Shown one piece after another: positions 50,171 through 60,386 of a stretch of DNA of 64,000 nt. Made by a program: the position numbers and the translations under genes. Numbering within the stretch: position 1 is the first letter of the stretch; each line of letters opens with the position of its first letter. The notes under the pieces are model-generated. The model saw nothing but the letters and a program-made list of their open reading frames with translations, did no database searches and was not told where the DNA came from. The DNA is from Chloroflexota bacterium (GTDB lineage Bacteria; Chloroflexota; Dehalococcoidia; Bin125), in the NCBI GenBank assembly GCA_028873865.1, contig JAPPNI010000026.1, positions 55,180-119,179 of the forward strand, written 5' to 3'.

Positions 50171-52200
50171 TCGCGCGTCCCTTCAGCCTGACGACTCAGC
50201 AGCAGGCTGCCATTGGGCAGCGGGGCGGCCGTCCAGCCCGGCGGGACGGTGACGGTCGTGTCGATCTGAGTGATGATCGCCGGCCCCGCGACCAGCTCGG
50301 TGACAGAGTGGCGCTTGCAGATCCGGGTGTCTCGGGGGCGGTCCCAGACGACGGCGGCGGTCCGCGATCCTGCGCCGTCCGGCGTTTGGGTCACGCCCAT
50401 GTCTCCTCGATAGCCGGCGTGCCGAGCTTTGGCTCGGGCGGTGACTACCTCGACCGGCGTGTCGAGCGAAGCGAAGCCGAAGCGCTCACGGTGCGCGCGG
50501 TGGAACGCATCGCGGACGGCTTCAGCCTCGTGACCCTCGTTCAGCGAGACCGTGAGTTCGTGGGACTGGCCGCGGTAGCGCAGGTCTGCGGCGTACTCGA
50601 CGTCCACGCCCTGGGTGTAGCCGTCCTCGGCGATCGCCGCTCTGGCCTGCGCGGCGATGTTCGCGAAGGTGTCGTCGATCGTGGCGATGTTGCCTCGGGT
50701 GTCTGGTTCGATCGCGAGGTGCATTCCCTGTTCGGCGTCTCTGGTGATGTCGGAAATCAGCATTCCCGCTGCCGACAACACGCCGGGAGCGGAGGGAACG
50801 AGCGCCTGGGGAATGCCGACGGCGTCTGCGAGGTCGCAGGCATGCAAGGGTCCGGCGCCGCCGAATGCGACGAGCGTGAAGTTGGCGGGGTCGTAGCCTC
50901 GCTCGACCGAGATCACGCGGAGCGCGCGGGCCATGTTGGCGTTGACGACATCGATTACAGCCTGGGCGGCGGCCTCGACGGAGCCGAACGGCTCCGCGAT
51001 GGTGGCGATGGCCCGATGAGCGCGGTCGAGGTCCAGGGGGACCGTTCCGCCGAGCTGCTGCTCCGGCCGCAGTCTTCCGAGGACGGTGTGCGCGTCGGTC
51101 ACCGTGGGCAGCGTGCCACGCCCGTAGGCGGCCGGTCCCGGATCGGCTCCGGCCGACTGCGGGCCGACCCGTAGCGCTCCGCCCGCGTCGAACCAGGCGA
51201 TTGAGCCGCCGCCGGCGCCGACGGTGTGCAGGTCGACCGCCGGTGTGCGAATCGGCATGTCGTCGACGACGAGATCGGTGCGCTCAAGCAGGCGTCCGGG
51301 ACAGAGCGCGACATCGGCGGAGGTGCCGCCCATGTCGAAGGTGATCGCATGCGGGAATCCATCGGTTTCGGCGGCGGCGAAGGCGCCGGCGACGCCTCCG
51401 GCGGGACCGGAGAGGACGGTGCGGACCGCGTTGCGCCCGGCGGAACCGGCCGAGAGCGAGCCGCCGTTGGATTGCATGATCCGCAGACGGACGTCGTCGG
51501 CGCCGTCGTTGCTCAGTCTCGATTCCAGGGCGTCCAGGTAGGTCGCCATGACCGGCGACAGATAGGCGTTGGCGGTGGTGGTGCTCATGCGCTCGAATTC
51601 TCGGTGCTGCGGCAGCACTTCGTAGGAGGCGGAGACGTTGAAGCCTCGGTCGCGGGCGCGCTGAGCGGCCGCTGCTTCGTGATCGGGATTGATGAAGCTG
51701 AAGAGAAAACAGATCGCGACGCTCCGAACCCGGCCGCGTTCAATCCGGTCGAGGACTCGGTCGAGTTGTTCGAGGTCCAGTGGCGTCACGATGTCGCCGT
51801 CGGCGGCGATTCGTTCTTCGACTTCAAACCGCAGCCGCTGTGGAACCAGCGGTTCGTGACGCTGCGGATGCAGCGCGTACAGATCGGGCCGAGCCTGCCG
51901 TCCGATGACGAGGGTGTCACGGAATCCCCTGGTCGTGATCAGCGCCGTGGGCGCTCCGGTGCGTGTGAGCAGCGTGTTCGTCGCGACGGTCGATCCGTGT
52001 ACCACTTCCTCCGGCGACCAGCCGAACTCGGCGAGTCCGTTGATGATCGCGCGGCCCGGATCGTCCGGGGTTGAGGGTCGCTTGGCGATGCTGATCGCGC
52101 CGTCGCGAAGGAAAACGAAGTCGGTGAACGTGCCGCCGACATCGACTCCGAGCAGTTGGTCGTGGCGTTGTGCGGGAGATCCGGAGTCGCTGGTCGGCAT
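50167..52200 (-). CDS. Hydantoinase A/oxoprolinase family protein
   Basis: DVGGTFTD, SGPAGG, DMGGTS.D, GAGGGS, SAGADPGPA.Y. Confidence 0.93.
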   Translation of the reverse strand: MPTSDSGSPAQRHDQLLGVDVGGTFTDFVFLRDGAISIAKRPSTPDDPGRAIINGLAEFGWSPEEVVHGSTVATNTLLTRTGAPTALITTRGFRDTLVIGRQARPDLYALHPQRHEPLVPQRLRFEVEERIAADGDIVTPLDLEQLDRVLDRIERGRVRSVAICFLFSFINPDHEAAAAQRARDRGFNVSASYEVLPQHREFERMSTTTANAYLSPVMATYLDALESRLSNDGADDVRLRIMQSNGGSLSAGSAGRNAVRTVLSGPAGGVAGAFAAAETDGFPHAITFDMGGTSADVALCPGRLLERTDLVVDDMPIRTPAVDLHTVGAGGGSIAWFDAGGALRVGPQSAGADPGPAAYGRGTLPTVTDAHTVLGRLRPEQQLGGTVPLDLDRAHRAIATIAEPFGSVEAAAQAVIDVVNANMARALRVISVERGYDPANFTLVAFGGAGPLHACDLADAVGIPQALVPSAPGVLSAAGMLISDITRDAEQGMHLAIEPDTRGNIATIDDTFANIAAQARAAIAEDGYTQGVDVEYAADLRYRGQSHELTVSLNEGHEAEAVRDAFHRAHRERFGFASLDTPVEVVTARAKARHAGYRGDMGVTQTPDGAGSRTAAVVWDRPRDTRICKRHSVTELVAGPAIITQIDTTVTVPPGWTAAPLPNGSLLLSRQAEGTRE

Positions 52201-52234
52201 GGTCGTGCCAGTCTACGAGGCGTGTGCGATTTGC

Positions 52235-52263
52235 TTGACTGCCCTGAGATGCGCTCATAGCGT
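52235..52263 (+). promoter_or_regulatory. Candidate sigma70 promoter for rplY
   Basis: TTGACT-N17-TAGCGT. Confidence 0.45.
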
Positions 52264-52318
52264 CAGTTGATAAGCTCACTGCCGACCGCCGAGTTCTTGC
52301 TGAAATGGATGGGTGACG

Positions 52319-52990
52319 ATGTCCGACGCTGCTGAACTGGTACTGCAAGCGGAGACTCGGGCCGTCCTGGGCAAGAAGGTCAAGCAACTGCGCCGCGACG
52401 GCTGGGTGCCCGGTAACGTCTACGGCCGCCGACAGGAATCGCGCGCAATTCAAACGGAACTGGCCGAGATCCAGCGTGTGTTCGGCGCCGTTGACCGCAA
52501 CGCCGTTGTGTCGATGTCGATCGACGGCACCAGTGAGACGATTCCGGTCGTGCTGCGCGAGATCCAGCGCCATCCCGTGACCCGCAACCTGCTGCACCTG
52601 GACTTCTACCAGGTCGATCTCACCCGGCGGATTCATTCGGAGGCGCGCCTGCTCCTGATCGGGGACTCCGAGGCGGTGTCCATGGGCGGCACCGTGGTGC
52701 AGTCGCTGGAGCACCTCGTACTTGAGGCGTTGCCGACGGATATGCCGTCGGTGATCGAGGTTGACATCTCCGTCCTCGATGACTTTGGTCACTCCGTCCT
52801 CGTTCGCGATCTCACCCTGCCTGACGGTGTGATCGCTCTGACCGACGAAGCCGTTGCCGTCGCGACGGCCCTCGCGCCCAGGGTGACCGAAGAGGAAGAG
52901 GAAGCCGAGGAGCTGGCGGCCGAAGAGGCGCTGCTCGAGGAGGCCGAGACGGAGGGCGAAGAAGCGGCGGACGAAGAGGAGTCCCGCTAA
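52319..52990 (+). CDS. rplY: 50S ribosomal protein L25 (Ctc form)
   Basis: R..LGKKVKQLRR.G.VPGNVYG, QRHPV...LLHLDF, acidic tail. Confidence 0.95.
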   Translation: MSDAAELVLQAETRAVLGKKVKQLRRDGWVPGNVYGRRQESRAIQTELAEIQRVFGAVDRNAVVSMSIDGTSETIPVVLREIQRHPVTRNLLHLDFYQVDLTRRIHSEARLLLIGDSEAVSMGGTVVQSLEHLVLEALPTDMPSVIEVDISVLDDFGHSVLVRDLTLPDGVIALTDEAVAVATALAPRVTEEEEEAEELAAEEALLEEAETEGEEAADEEESR

Positions 52991-54024
52991 CGGGACTCCT
53001 GGAGCCGGTCGCCGCGGAGCTGTCCGCAGGCGGCTGCGATATCCCGTCCCTGCTCGACCCGGATGGTGGTCGGTACCCCGCAGTCCTGAAGCGCCTGCTG
53101 GAAGCCGAGCGTGGCTCGCCGCGACGGCCGTTCGCCAACGACGCCGGGAGAGGGATTGAGCGGAATCAGATTGACGTGGGCTCGCAGCCCGCGAATCCGT
53201 TCGGCCAACCGACGCGCATGGCTGCGGCTGTCGTTCACGTCGCGTAGGAGCACATACTCGAAGGTCACCCGGCCGCCGGTCTGTCGATTGTGTTCGCGGA
53301 CCGCGTCGAGAATGTCGTCGACGGACGCTCCGGCCACCGGGACCAGCTCCCGGCGCAGCTTCTGTTGGGGGGCGTGCAGCGAGACAGCCAGGTTGACGTG
53401 CGGATGATCGCTCGCCAGCCGGAGGATGTTCTGCGGGATTCCCACCGTTGAGACCGTGATTCGGCGGGGCGACATTGCGAAGCCGTCCGGGTGAGTCAGG
53501 CGTTCGATGACCTCGCTGACGTTGGCATAGTTGGCGAGCGGCTCGCCCATACCCATGAAGACAACGTGCGTCAGTTCGCGGCCTTCGTCCCGCGACCAGG
53601 AGCGAGCGAGAATCGCCTGTCGCATGATCTCGCCGGTGGTGAGCTGCCGCCTGAGTCCCTGAAGCCCAGTCGCGCAGAAGACGCAGCCCATGGCGCAGCC
53701 CGCCTGCGAGGACAGGCAGACCGTGTCGCGCGGCTCCGAGCGAATCAGCACGGTCTCGATCAGTTCACCGTCGTCGAGACGGAGCAAGGCCTTGCTGGTC
53801 GACTCGTCGGCCGAGGTCTGCAGCTCGATCGGCTCGGCGAGCGCCTCAGCGTCGGCGCTGAGGCGGCGGCGCAACTCGGCCGGCAAGTCCGACATCTGAC
53901 CGGGATCGGTGACCCCGCGCTGGTAGATCTGACGCCAGATCTGTCGGGCCCGGTAAGCCGGTTGGCCGAGCGATTCGATCAGTTGCGCGAGTTCGCCGCG
54001 GTCGAGTTCGAGCAGGTCAGTCAT
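52987..54024 (-). CDS. rlmN: 23S rRNA (adenine2503-C2) methyltransferase
   Basis: CLSSQAGCAMGCVFC, MGMGEP, SLHAP, AACGQL. Confidence 0.95.
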   Translation of the reverse strand: MTDLLELDRGELAQLIESLGQPAYRARQIWRQIYQRGVTDPGQMSDLPAELRRRLSADAEALAEPIELQTSADESTSKALLRLDDGELIETVLIRSEPRDTVCLSSQAGCAMGCVFCATGLQGLRRQLTTGEIMRQAILARSWSRDEGRELTHVVFMGMGEPLANYANVSEVIERLTHPDGFAMSPRRITVSTVGIPQNILRLASDHPHVNLAVSLHAPQQKLRRELVPVAGASVDDILDAVREHNRQTGGRVTFEYVLLRDVNDSRSHARRLAERIRGLRAHVNLIPLNPSPGVVGERPSRRATLGFQQALQDCGVPTTIRVEQGRDIAAACGQLRGDRLQESR

Positions 54025-54967
54025 CGTCGGCACCGAAGCGCTGGCCGACCAGGTCCCGCGTGCCGCGAGAGAACTCCTCGGCGCTGAGTTCCCGTTTGCC
54101 AGCTCGTTGCAGGCGGCGGATTTCGAGCACACCCGATCCGGTCGCGACACGGATGCTCTCAGCGGCGTCGACGATCGTGCCCGGCAGTTCCGAGGCGTCG
54201 TCGGACCCCGCGGCAGCCTCCGTCACTCGGATCGAGGTCCCGTCCAGCGTGGTCGTCGCCGCCGGCCATGGCGTGTATGCCCTGACGTGACGGCCGATCA
54301 GCTCCGCCGGGGCCGTCCAGTCGATGCGACCCTGCCGCTTGTTCACGCGGCGCGCCCTGGTCGCGAGGTTTGAATCTTGCGGGGCGGGTGTGATCGCCCC
54401 GTCGATCCATTCGGGGATCGTCTCAAGCAGCAGCTCCGCTCCCATCTCAGCCAGCCGATCGCTGAGCTGCCCGGCGTGTTCATCCGGCCCGATCGGCGTC
54501 CGTCGCTGCCTGATGATGTCGCCCGTGTCCTCGGTCTCGTCGACCAACATGATCGTGACGCCCGTCTCGGAGTCGCCGTGCAGGATGGCTGCGGAGATCG
54601 GCGATGCGCCTCGCCAGCGCGGAAGGAGCGATGCATGGACGTTGAGCGATCCGTGCCTCGGCAGTTGCAGGATCTCGACGGGAATGATCTGACCGTAGGC
54701 CGCAACGACCTGCAGATCGGGCTTGAGACTGGCGATCTGCGCGATCGCCGCGCGATCTCGCAGCCGTGCCGGCTGCAGCGCGGGAATGTCGTGCGTCGCC
54801 CCGAGCTCCTTGATCGGAGGCGGACGGAGCGACCGGCCGCGTCCGGCGCGTGCGTCGGGCTGGGTGACGACGGCAATCGGCCGATAGGGACTCTCGATCA
54901 GCGCACGCAGCGTCGGCACGGCGAAGTCCGGCGATCCGTAGAACAGGACTCGCGGTGCGTCGGGCAT
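54017..54967 (-). CDS. fmt: Methionyl-tRNA formyltransferase
   Basis: FYGSPDFA, VTQPD...GRG, NVHASLLPRWRGASPI. Confidence 0.95.
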   Translation of the reverse strand: MPDAPRVLFYGSPDFAVPTLRALIESPYRPIAVVTQPDARAGRGRSLRPPPIKELGATHDIPALQPARLRDRAAIAQIASLKPDLQVVAAYGQIIPVEILQLPRHGSLNVHASLLPRWRGASPISAAILHGDSETGVTIMLVDETEDTGDIIRQRRTPIGPDEHAGQLSDRLAEMGAELLLETIPEWIDGAITPAPQDSNLATRARRVNKRQGRIDWTAPAELIGRHVRAYTPWPAATTTLDGTSIRVTEAAAGSDDASELPGTIVDAAESIRVATGSGVLEIRRLQRAGKRELSAEEFSRGTRDLVGQRFGADDD

Positions 54968-54995
54968 GGTTTTGCCGGGAAGCCGTCGAGAAAAA

Positions 54996-55223
54996 TCAGA
55001 CCTGGGTCGCGGCGATGCTCAGGCCGACGAAGATGAGCATGAGGACGATCGTTCCTCGGAAGAGGGTGCGCTCCAGGCCGCGGCGTGTCCGGTACGAAGA
55101 CTCAGCGCCGGCGCCGCCGAAGATGTTGCCCAGACCCGCGCCCTTGGCCTGCAGGATCACCGCGCCGATCACGACCAGCGCAATCAGAATCTGAATGACG
55201 TTGAGGAGTTCAGACGTGCTCAC
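54996..55223 (-). CDS. secG: Preprotein translocase subunit SecG
   Basis: ILQAKGAGLGNIFGG, RRGLERTL, two TM segments. Confidence 0.92.
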   Translation of the reverse strand: MSTSELLNVIQILIALVVIGAVILQAKGAGLGNIFGGAGAESSYRTRRGLERTLFRGTIVLMLIFVGLSIAATQV

Positions 55224-55256
55224 GCTTCTGTTGTACCTGACTTGTCCGCTTGTGGG

Positions 55257-56675
55257 CTATTCCGGAATCGTCACACGCTGCGGGCGGCGAGGCCGCACCC
55301 CGGCTTCTCGGCCCTCATGGTATGCGGTCATGATCGCGTCGGCGAGTTTGGCGCTGTCGTGACGGTAGCGGTTGCCCGTGTCGACGATGTCGGCCTCGAT
55401 GATCCGCACGGAGTCGGTGAGATCGGCATCGCCGCCGGATTCCGCGACTCGCACCGGCTCCGACTTCCAGCCGCGAGGCAGTTTCGCCTTGCTGTTGTTG
55501 TTGGCGACCACGGCGTCGAATGGCAGTCCGCCAATGTGCTCGCCGATCACCCGGACATGGTCCTGTACCGAGAAGTTGTCGGTCTCGCCATGCTGCGTGG
55601 CCACGTTGGAGACGTACAGCTTCATCGCCGCCGACTCCTGGAACGCGATGCGCAGGTCGGGGACGAGCAGGTTGGGCAGAACCGAGGTAAACAGCGAACC
55701 GGGGCCGACGACGATCAGGTCGGCGTTGCGAATCGAGTTCACGGTCTCCGGGTAGGCGGCCGGATGCTGCGGTTCGAGATTGAGCTGGGCGATGCGCTGA
55801 CCGGCCTCGGTGATCGAGGACTCGCCGCGGATCCGTTCGCCCTCGGCCGTGGTCGCGGCGAGGCGGATGTTCTCGAGGGTCGATGGCAGGATCTTGCCCT
55901 GCACCGCGAGCACGCGACCGGTCTCGTGAATTGCCTCCTCCATCGAGCCGGCGACGTCGGACATGGCGACGATGAAGAGGTTGCCGAACGAATGGCCTTC
56001 GAGTCCGTTGCCGGAGCCTTCGGGGAATCGGTACTGGAACAGGCGGGTCATCAACGGCTCGGCGTCGGCCAGGGCGGCGATGCAATTGCGCAGATCGCCG
56101 GGCGGAATGATGCCCAGATCGCGCCTGAGGCGGCCAGACGAGCCGCCGTCGTCGCCGACGCTGACCACCGCCGCCAGGTTGTCGGTGTAGACCTTGAGCC
56201 CTCGGAGCAGGACGGACAGGCCGGTGCCGCCGCCCATGCAGACGATGCGGATGCCGCGTCCGGCGAAACGCTGTCGGTGCAGCAACTCAACCAGCGGTTC
56301 CTCGCCGCCGGTCCTGCTGTCGGAGGAGCGCGCCGCGACGACCAGCCCCGAGGTGAACTTGCCGATCCCGATGCCGACGCACAGGATGGCCAGACCGATC
56401 AACACGGCGCCGCGCACGGCGTAGGGCAGGAACTGGAGGGTGATGTAGTAGAAGGCGCCGGGCAGCGTGACGGTCAGATAGAGCTCGCGGGCGAGGAACG
56501 AGACGCCCAATCCGAGCACGGCCATGCCGAAGAGCAGCAGGACGAACCAGCGCTTGATCCCGATGCCCGGCGCGAGCCACTTGCGCAGGTGCCACTCGGT
56601 CCGTGCGCCATTGCCGGCGCCCTGACCGCCAAACCTGGCCGGGCCGGACCTGTTTCCTCGGCGCAGGCGGAACAT
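55257..56675 (-). CDS. yvcK: YvcK/GlmR family protein with N-terminal TM extension
   Basis: GGGTGL, DDGGSSGRLR, PPGDLRNC, GHSFGNL, GPGSLFTSV.PNL, RHD. Confidence 0.9.
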   Translation of the reverse strand: MFRLRRGNRSGPARFGGQGAGNGARTEWHLRKWLAPGIGIKRWFVLLLFGMAVLGLGVSFLARELYLTVTLPGAFYYITLQFLPYAVRGAVLIGLAILCVGIGIGKFTSGLVVAARSSDSRTGGEEPLVELLHRQRFAGRGIRIVCMGGGTGLSVLLRGLKVYTDNLAAVVSVGDDGGSSGRLRRDLGIIPPGDLRNCIAALADAEPLMTRLFQYRFPEGSGNGLEGHSFGNLFIVAMSDVAGSMEEAIHETGRVLAVQGKILPSTLENIRLAATTAEGERIRGESSITEAGQRIAQLNLEPQHPAAYPETVNSIRNADLIVVGPGSLFTSVLPNLLVPDLRIAFQESAAMKLYVSNVATQHGETDNFSVQDHVRVIGEHIGGLPFDAVVANNNSKAKLPRGWKSEPVRVAESGGDADLTDSVRIIEADIVDTGNRYRHDSAKLADAIMTAYHEGREAGVRPRRPQRVTIPE

Positions 56676-56777
56676 AACGTCACTATAGTGCCGCTGGCCG
56701 AGAAAGCGGTAGCGTAGTCGCTGCATAAGGGCTCCATTGCGAACCACGCATCCAGCCAACTAGATAGGAACCCTGAA

Positions 56778-57803
56778 ATGGAACAGCGACGATTCGGAAA
56801 CAGCGACCTGGTGGCCTCCGCGGTCGGCTTCGGCACCTGGGAGATGAGCGGCAACATGTACGGCCACATCGACCGCGCCGATGCCGCGCGGGCCGTGAAC
56901 ATGGCCATCGACCGCGGCATCACCCTGTTCGACACGGCCGAGGTCTACGGACCGAACCACTCGGAGGAGTTGCTCGCCGAGGGTCTGGGCAACCGCCGCA
57001 ACGAGGTCGTCCTCGTGACCAAGGTCGGCTTCGACTACAACGACGTGCCGCAGGTGATCGGTCTCAACTCCAAGAAGGATCACATCATCGAGCACACCGA
57101 GGGTTGTCTGCGGCGGCTCAACACCGACTACGTCGACCTGATGCTGATCCACTGGCCCGACCACGACACACCCTTCGACGAGACGATGGAGGGCCTGGAA
57201 GAACTGAAGCAGGCCGGCAAGATTCGCCACTACGGCGTGTCCAACTTCAACATCGACATGATGGAGGAGTGCCAGCGTCACGGGACGATCGTCGCCAACC
57301 AGGTCGGCTACCACATGTTCGACCGGCGGATGGAATCGCGCGTGCTGCCCTGGTGCATGGCCAACGGCGTTGGCTTCATGTCCTACGGCTCGCTCGCTTT
57401 CGGCCTGCTGACCGGCGCCTTCCAGCCGGACCACCAGTTCGACGAGGGCGACTGGCGCGGCAACGGCGTCGCCTTCAACCTGCCGCTCTTCGAGCGAGAG
57501 CGCTTCCGGCAGGAGGTCGAGATCGCCAACCGACTCTCCGAACTGGCCGACGGCTACGGCAAGACTTGTGCGCAACTCGGCATCGCCTGGGTGCTCGACC
57601 ATCCCGGCGTCAGCTGCGCCCTGGTCGGAATGCGCAACGAGCGTGAGCTCGAAGAGAACGTCGCCGCCACCGACTGGAAGCTGACCGAAGAGATCCGCAG
57701 CGGGATCAACCAGATCTTCGACGAAGTCGGAGTCCCGACTTACCAGAATCTCGACCAGGTCGTCCACGTCAACCGAGCCACCGGAGCCCGCCGAGGTCGC
57801 TAG
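56778..57803 (+). CDS. Aldo/keto reductase
   Basis: GFGTW, FDTAEVYG, IHWPD, GKIR.YGVSNF. Confidence 0.92.
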   Translation: MEQRRFGNSDLVASAVGFGTWEMSGNMYGHIDRADAARAVNMAIDRGITLFDTAEVYGPNHSEELLAEGLGNRRNEVVLVTKVGFDYNDVPQVIGLNSKKDHIIEHTEGCLRRLNTDYVDLMLIHWPDHDTPFDETMEGLEELKQAGKIRHYGVSNFNIDMMEECQRHGTIVANQVGYHMFDRRMESRVLPWCMANGVGFMSYGSLAFGLLTGAFQPDHQFDEGDWRGNGVAFNLPLFERERFRQEVEIANRLSELADGYGKTCAQLGIAWVLDHPGVSCALVGMRNERELEENVAATDWKLTEEIRSGINQIFDEVGVPTYQNLDQVVHVNRATGARRGR

Positions 57804-57812
57804 TCCAGGCCG

Positions 57813-59303
57813 CTACTCCGTCAAGGCAGCGACCAGCAACTCCGACGCCTGGGCCGGGTTCGCCTGACCCCGCGAATGGCGCATCACCTGGCCCACCAGG
57901 TACTTCAGCGCCGCCTCCTTGCCCGACCGGTAGTCGTTGACCGCGTCGGGATTGTCGCCGATCACCTGCTCGACGATCGGCGACAGCGCGTCCTCCCCGC
58001 TGATCTGCGAGAGGCCCTTGGCCTCGACGATCCTGGCAGGATCGTCGCCGGTTTCGTACATCGACTCAAAGACCGTCCTCGCCTGGCTGCGCGAGATGTC
58101 GCCGACGACGATCAGCCCAACCAGCTCCGCAATGTGCTTCGGGCGAATCGGCTGGTCCTCAAGGTCGGGGTGCGACGGATCCTTGTTGATCTGCGCAAAC
58201 AGGTCGCCCGTGATCCAGTTGGCCGCCTCCCTGGCGTTGGCCGCGTCACTGAGCGCGGCGACCGTCTGATCGAAGTAGTCCGCCCGCGACGGCTCCTCCG
58301 TCAGCAGGTTGGCCTCGAAATCTCCCAGACCATACTCCGACTCGAACCGAGCCCGGCGTTCGTCCGGCAGCTCCGGCAACTGGCTGCGCAGCGCCTCGAC
58401 CTCCTCGCTTGAGATCGACAGCGGCGGCAGATCAGGCTCCGGGAAATAGCGGTAGTCGTGCGCCTCTTCCTTGGAACGCTGCGACAGCGTGATCTGCCGA
58501 TCCTCGTCCCAGCCCCGAGTCTCCTGGTCGATCTTGCCGCCCGATCGCAGCACCTCCGCCTGCCGCTTGACCTCATGCTCCAGCGCGCTGTGCACGCCAC
58601 GGAACGAGTTCATGTTCTTGATCTCAACCTTGGCGCCCAACTCGGACGAACCAACCGGCCGCAACGACACGTTCGCGTCGCAGCGGAACGATCCCTTCTC
58701 CATGTCGGCGGTCGAGACGCCCAGGTAACGCAGCATCTGCCTCAGTTGGACCAGGTACGTCCGAGCCTCGTCCGGCGAGCGCATGTCCGGCTCCGACACG
58801 ATCTCCATCAGCGGAACGCCCGACCGATTGACATCCACCAGCGAGAACCGTTCGCCCGCCTCGTTCTCCCGATGCAGCAGCCGCGCCGTGTCCTCCTCCA
58901 GGTGGACCCGCGTGATCCCGATCCGCCGCCTGCCCAGCTCCTCGGTCTCGACATCCATCCAGCCGCCCTCCGACAGCGGCATGTCGTACTGCGAGATCTG
59001 GTAGCCCTTCATCAGGTCGGGATAGGGGTAGTTCTTGCGATCAAACTTGGACAGTTCCGGAATGCTCATGTTCAGCGCGAGCGCCGTGCGGATCGTCCAC
59101 TCGACCGCCGTCCGGTTGATCACCGGCAGGGTCCCTGGCATCCCCAGGCAGAGCGGGCAGACATAGGTGTTGGGCTCGGCCGACGCATAGTCCGCCGGAC
59201 AGCGGCAGAACATCTTGCTCTGCGTGCGCAGCTGACAGTGGACCTCAAGGCCGATCACGGTCTCGTATGCGGTGGTCGTCTCCGGCGCGGTTTCGGTCGT
59301 CAT
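57813..59303 (-). CDS. gatB: Asp/Glu-tRNA amidotransferase subunit B
   Basis: IGLEVH.QL, FDRKNY.YPD, HLEED, RCDANVS, YRYFPEPDL. Confidence 0.97.
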   Translation of the reverse strand: MTTETAPETTTAYETVIGLEVHCQLRTQSKMFCRCPADYASAEPNTYVCPLCLGMPGTLPVINRTAVEWTIRTALALNMSIPELSKFDRKNYPYPDLMKGYQISQYDMPLSEGGWMDVETEELGRRRIGITRVHLEEDTARLLHRENEAGERFSLVDVNRSGVPLMEIVSEPDMRSPDEARTYLVQLRQMLRYLGVSTADMEKGSFRCDANVSLRPVGSSELGAKVEIKNMNSFRGVHSALEHEVKRQAEVLRSGGKIDQETRGWDEDRQITLSQRSKEEAHDYRYFPEPDLPPLSISSEEVEALRSQLPELPDERRARFESEYGLGDFEANLLTEEPSRADYFDQTVAALSDAANAREAANWITGDLFAQINKDPSHPDLEDQPIRPKHIAELVGLIVVGDISRSQARTVFESMYETGDDPARIVEAKGLSQISGEDALSPIVEQVIGDNPDAVNDYRSGKEAALKYLVGQVMRHSRGQANPAQASELLVAALTE

Positions 59304-59330
59304 GGAGGTCAGTGTAGACCCGCCCGACAA

Positions 59331-59373
59331 CTGGTCTGCGGCTGGTCTGCGGCTGGTCTGCTGCTAGTCTGCG
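59331..59373. repeat. 11-bp tandem repeat x4
   Basis: CTGGTCTGCGG CTGGTCTGCGG CTGGTCTGCTG CTAGTCTGCG. Confidence 0.85.
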
Positions 59374-59420
59374 TGAAGCATTGCGCCGTGCGGGAGCGGC
59401 GTCGGGGATGTGTGCACTGC

Positions 59421-60260
59421 ATGAGTACTGACGTTTATTCGCCGCGAGCCGGGCTGTCTCAGGTGTCGGAGGAGATTCGCCCGCTGCGAATGCTGCACAC
59501 CTCGGACGTACACCTCGGCGCATACACCTCGCAACCGTGGAAGACCGAGCCGGACGGCTCGGAAACGCTGGAGCCGGCGCTCAAGGCGTTCAAGCACGTG
59601 CTGGAACTCGGCGTCGAAGCCGATGTCGATGTCGTCGCCATCGCCGGCGACTTCTTCGATCACGTGCGCGTCAAGCGCCCCTACGTCGAGGTCACCGGCG
59701 AACTGATGGAGGCCGTCGGCCGGCCCGTCGTCGTCCTGCCCGGCAACCACGACCCGCACATGCCCGACGGCATCTATCAGAAGTTCGCCGACGCCTTCCC
59801 CCCCAACGTCCACATCATCGCCTCGGCCGAGGGAGAATTAATCCTGCTCGAAGAGCACGGCGTCCAGTTCTGGGGGCAGGCGCACGAGAGCTACAACGAC
59901 TTCTCCCCGGCATCCGCTCAACCCGCCTGGTCCGACGCCTCAGACCGCTACATCTGGCGCGTGGCCATGGCCCACGGCTACTACGTCGGAACCGGCGAAT
60001 CGCGCTACTCCTACCAGATTCACTCGTCGGAGATTCAGTCGCTCGACGCCGACTACGTCGCGCTGGGCCACATCGACGTGCACGAGGGAGTCGGCGACGG
60101 CACCGTGCCCGCCTACTACCCGGGTGCGCCCAGACACTCCGGCGGCGCGACGATCGTCGACTTCAGCGCCGACGGTGTCATCGTCCGCCACGAAATGCAC
60201 GACGGCGCAGAATCGGATCCGCAGACCGCAAGCCCCATGCTCGCCGCCCGCCTCCACTAA
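59421..60260 (+). CDS. SbcD/Mre11-like metallophosphoesterase
   Basis: LHTSDVHLG, IAGDFFD, PGNHD, MAHG, YVALGH.D, YPGAP. Confidence 0.85.
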   Translation: MSTDVYSPRAGLSQVSEEIRPLRMLHTSDVHLGAYTSQPWKTEPDGSETLEPALKAFKHVLELGVEADVDVVAIAGDFFDHVRVKRPYVEVTGELMEAVGRPVVVLPGNHDPHMPDGIYQKFADAFPPNVHIIASAEGELILLEEHGVQFWGQAHESYNDFSPASAQPAWSDASDRYIWRVAMAHGYYVGTGESRYSYQIHSSEIQSLDADYVALGHIDVHEGVGDGTVPAYYPGAPRHSGGATIVDFSADGVIVRHEMHDGAESDPQTASPMLAARLH

Positions 60261-60351
60261 GCCCAAACCCCAGCGCCCCCACAACCAACAAGTCGCCCCC
60301 GCGCAGGCGGTGTAAGCCCCCCACCCCCCGCCGTCATCCCCGCACCCCAGC

Positions 60352-60386
60352 TCCGTCATTCCCGCGCTTGCCGCGGGAATCTCGCC
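60352..60386 (+). repeat. REP-like palindrome
   Basis: TCCGTCATTCCCGCGCTTGCCGCGGGAATCTCGCC, preceded by a partial CCGTCATCCCCGC at 60331. Confidence 0.85.

Noticed and set aside
58458-59420. N-terminal extension of the 600-aa ORF (similarly 36311..37798, 17176..18807, 9087..10340)
   Set aside because: Extensions overlap other real genes; true starts are downstream.
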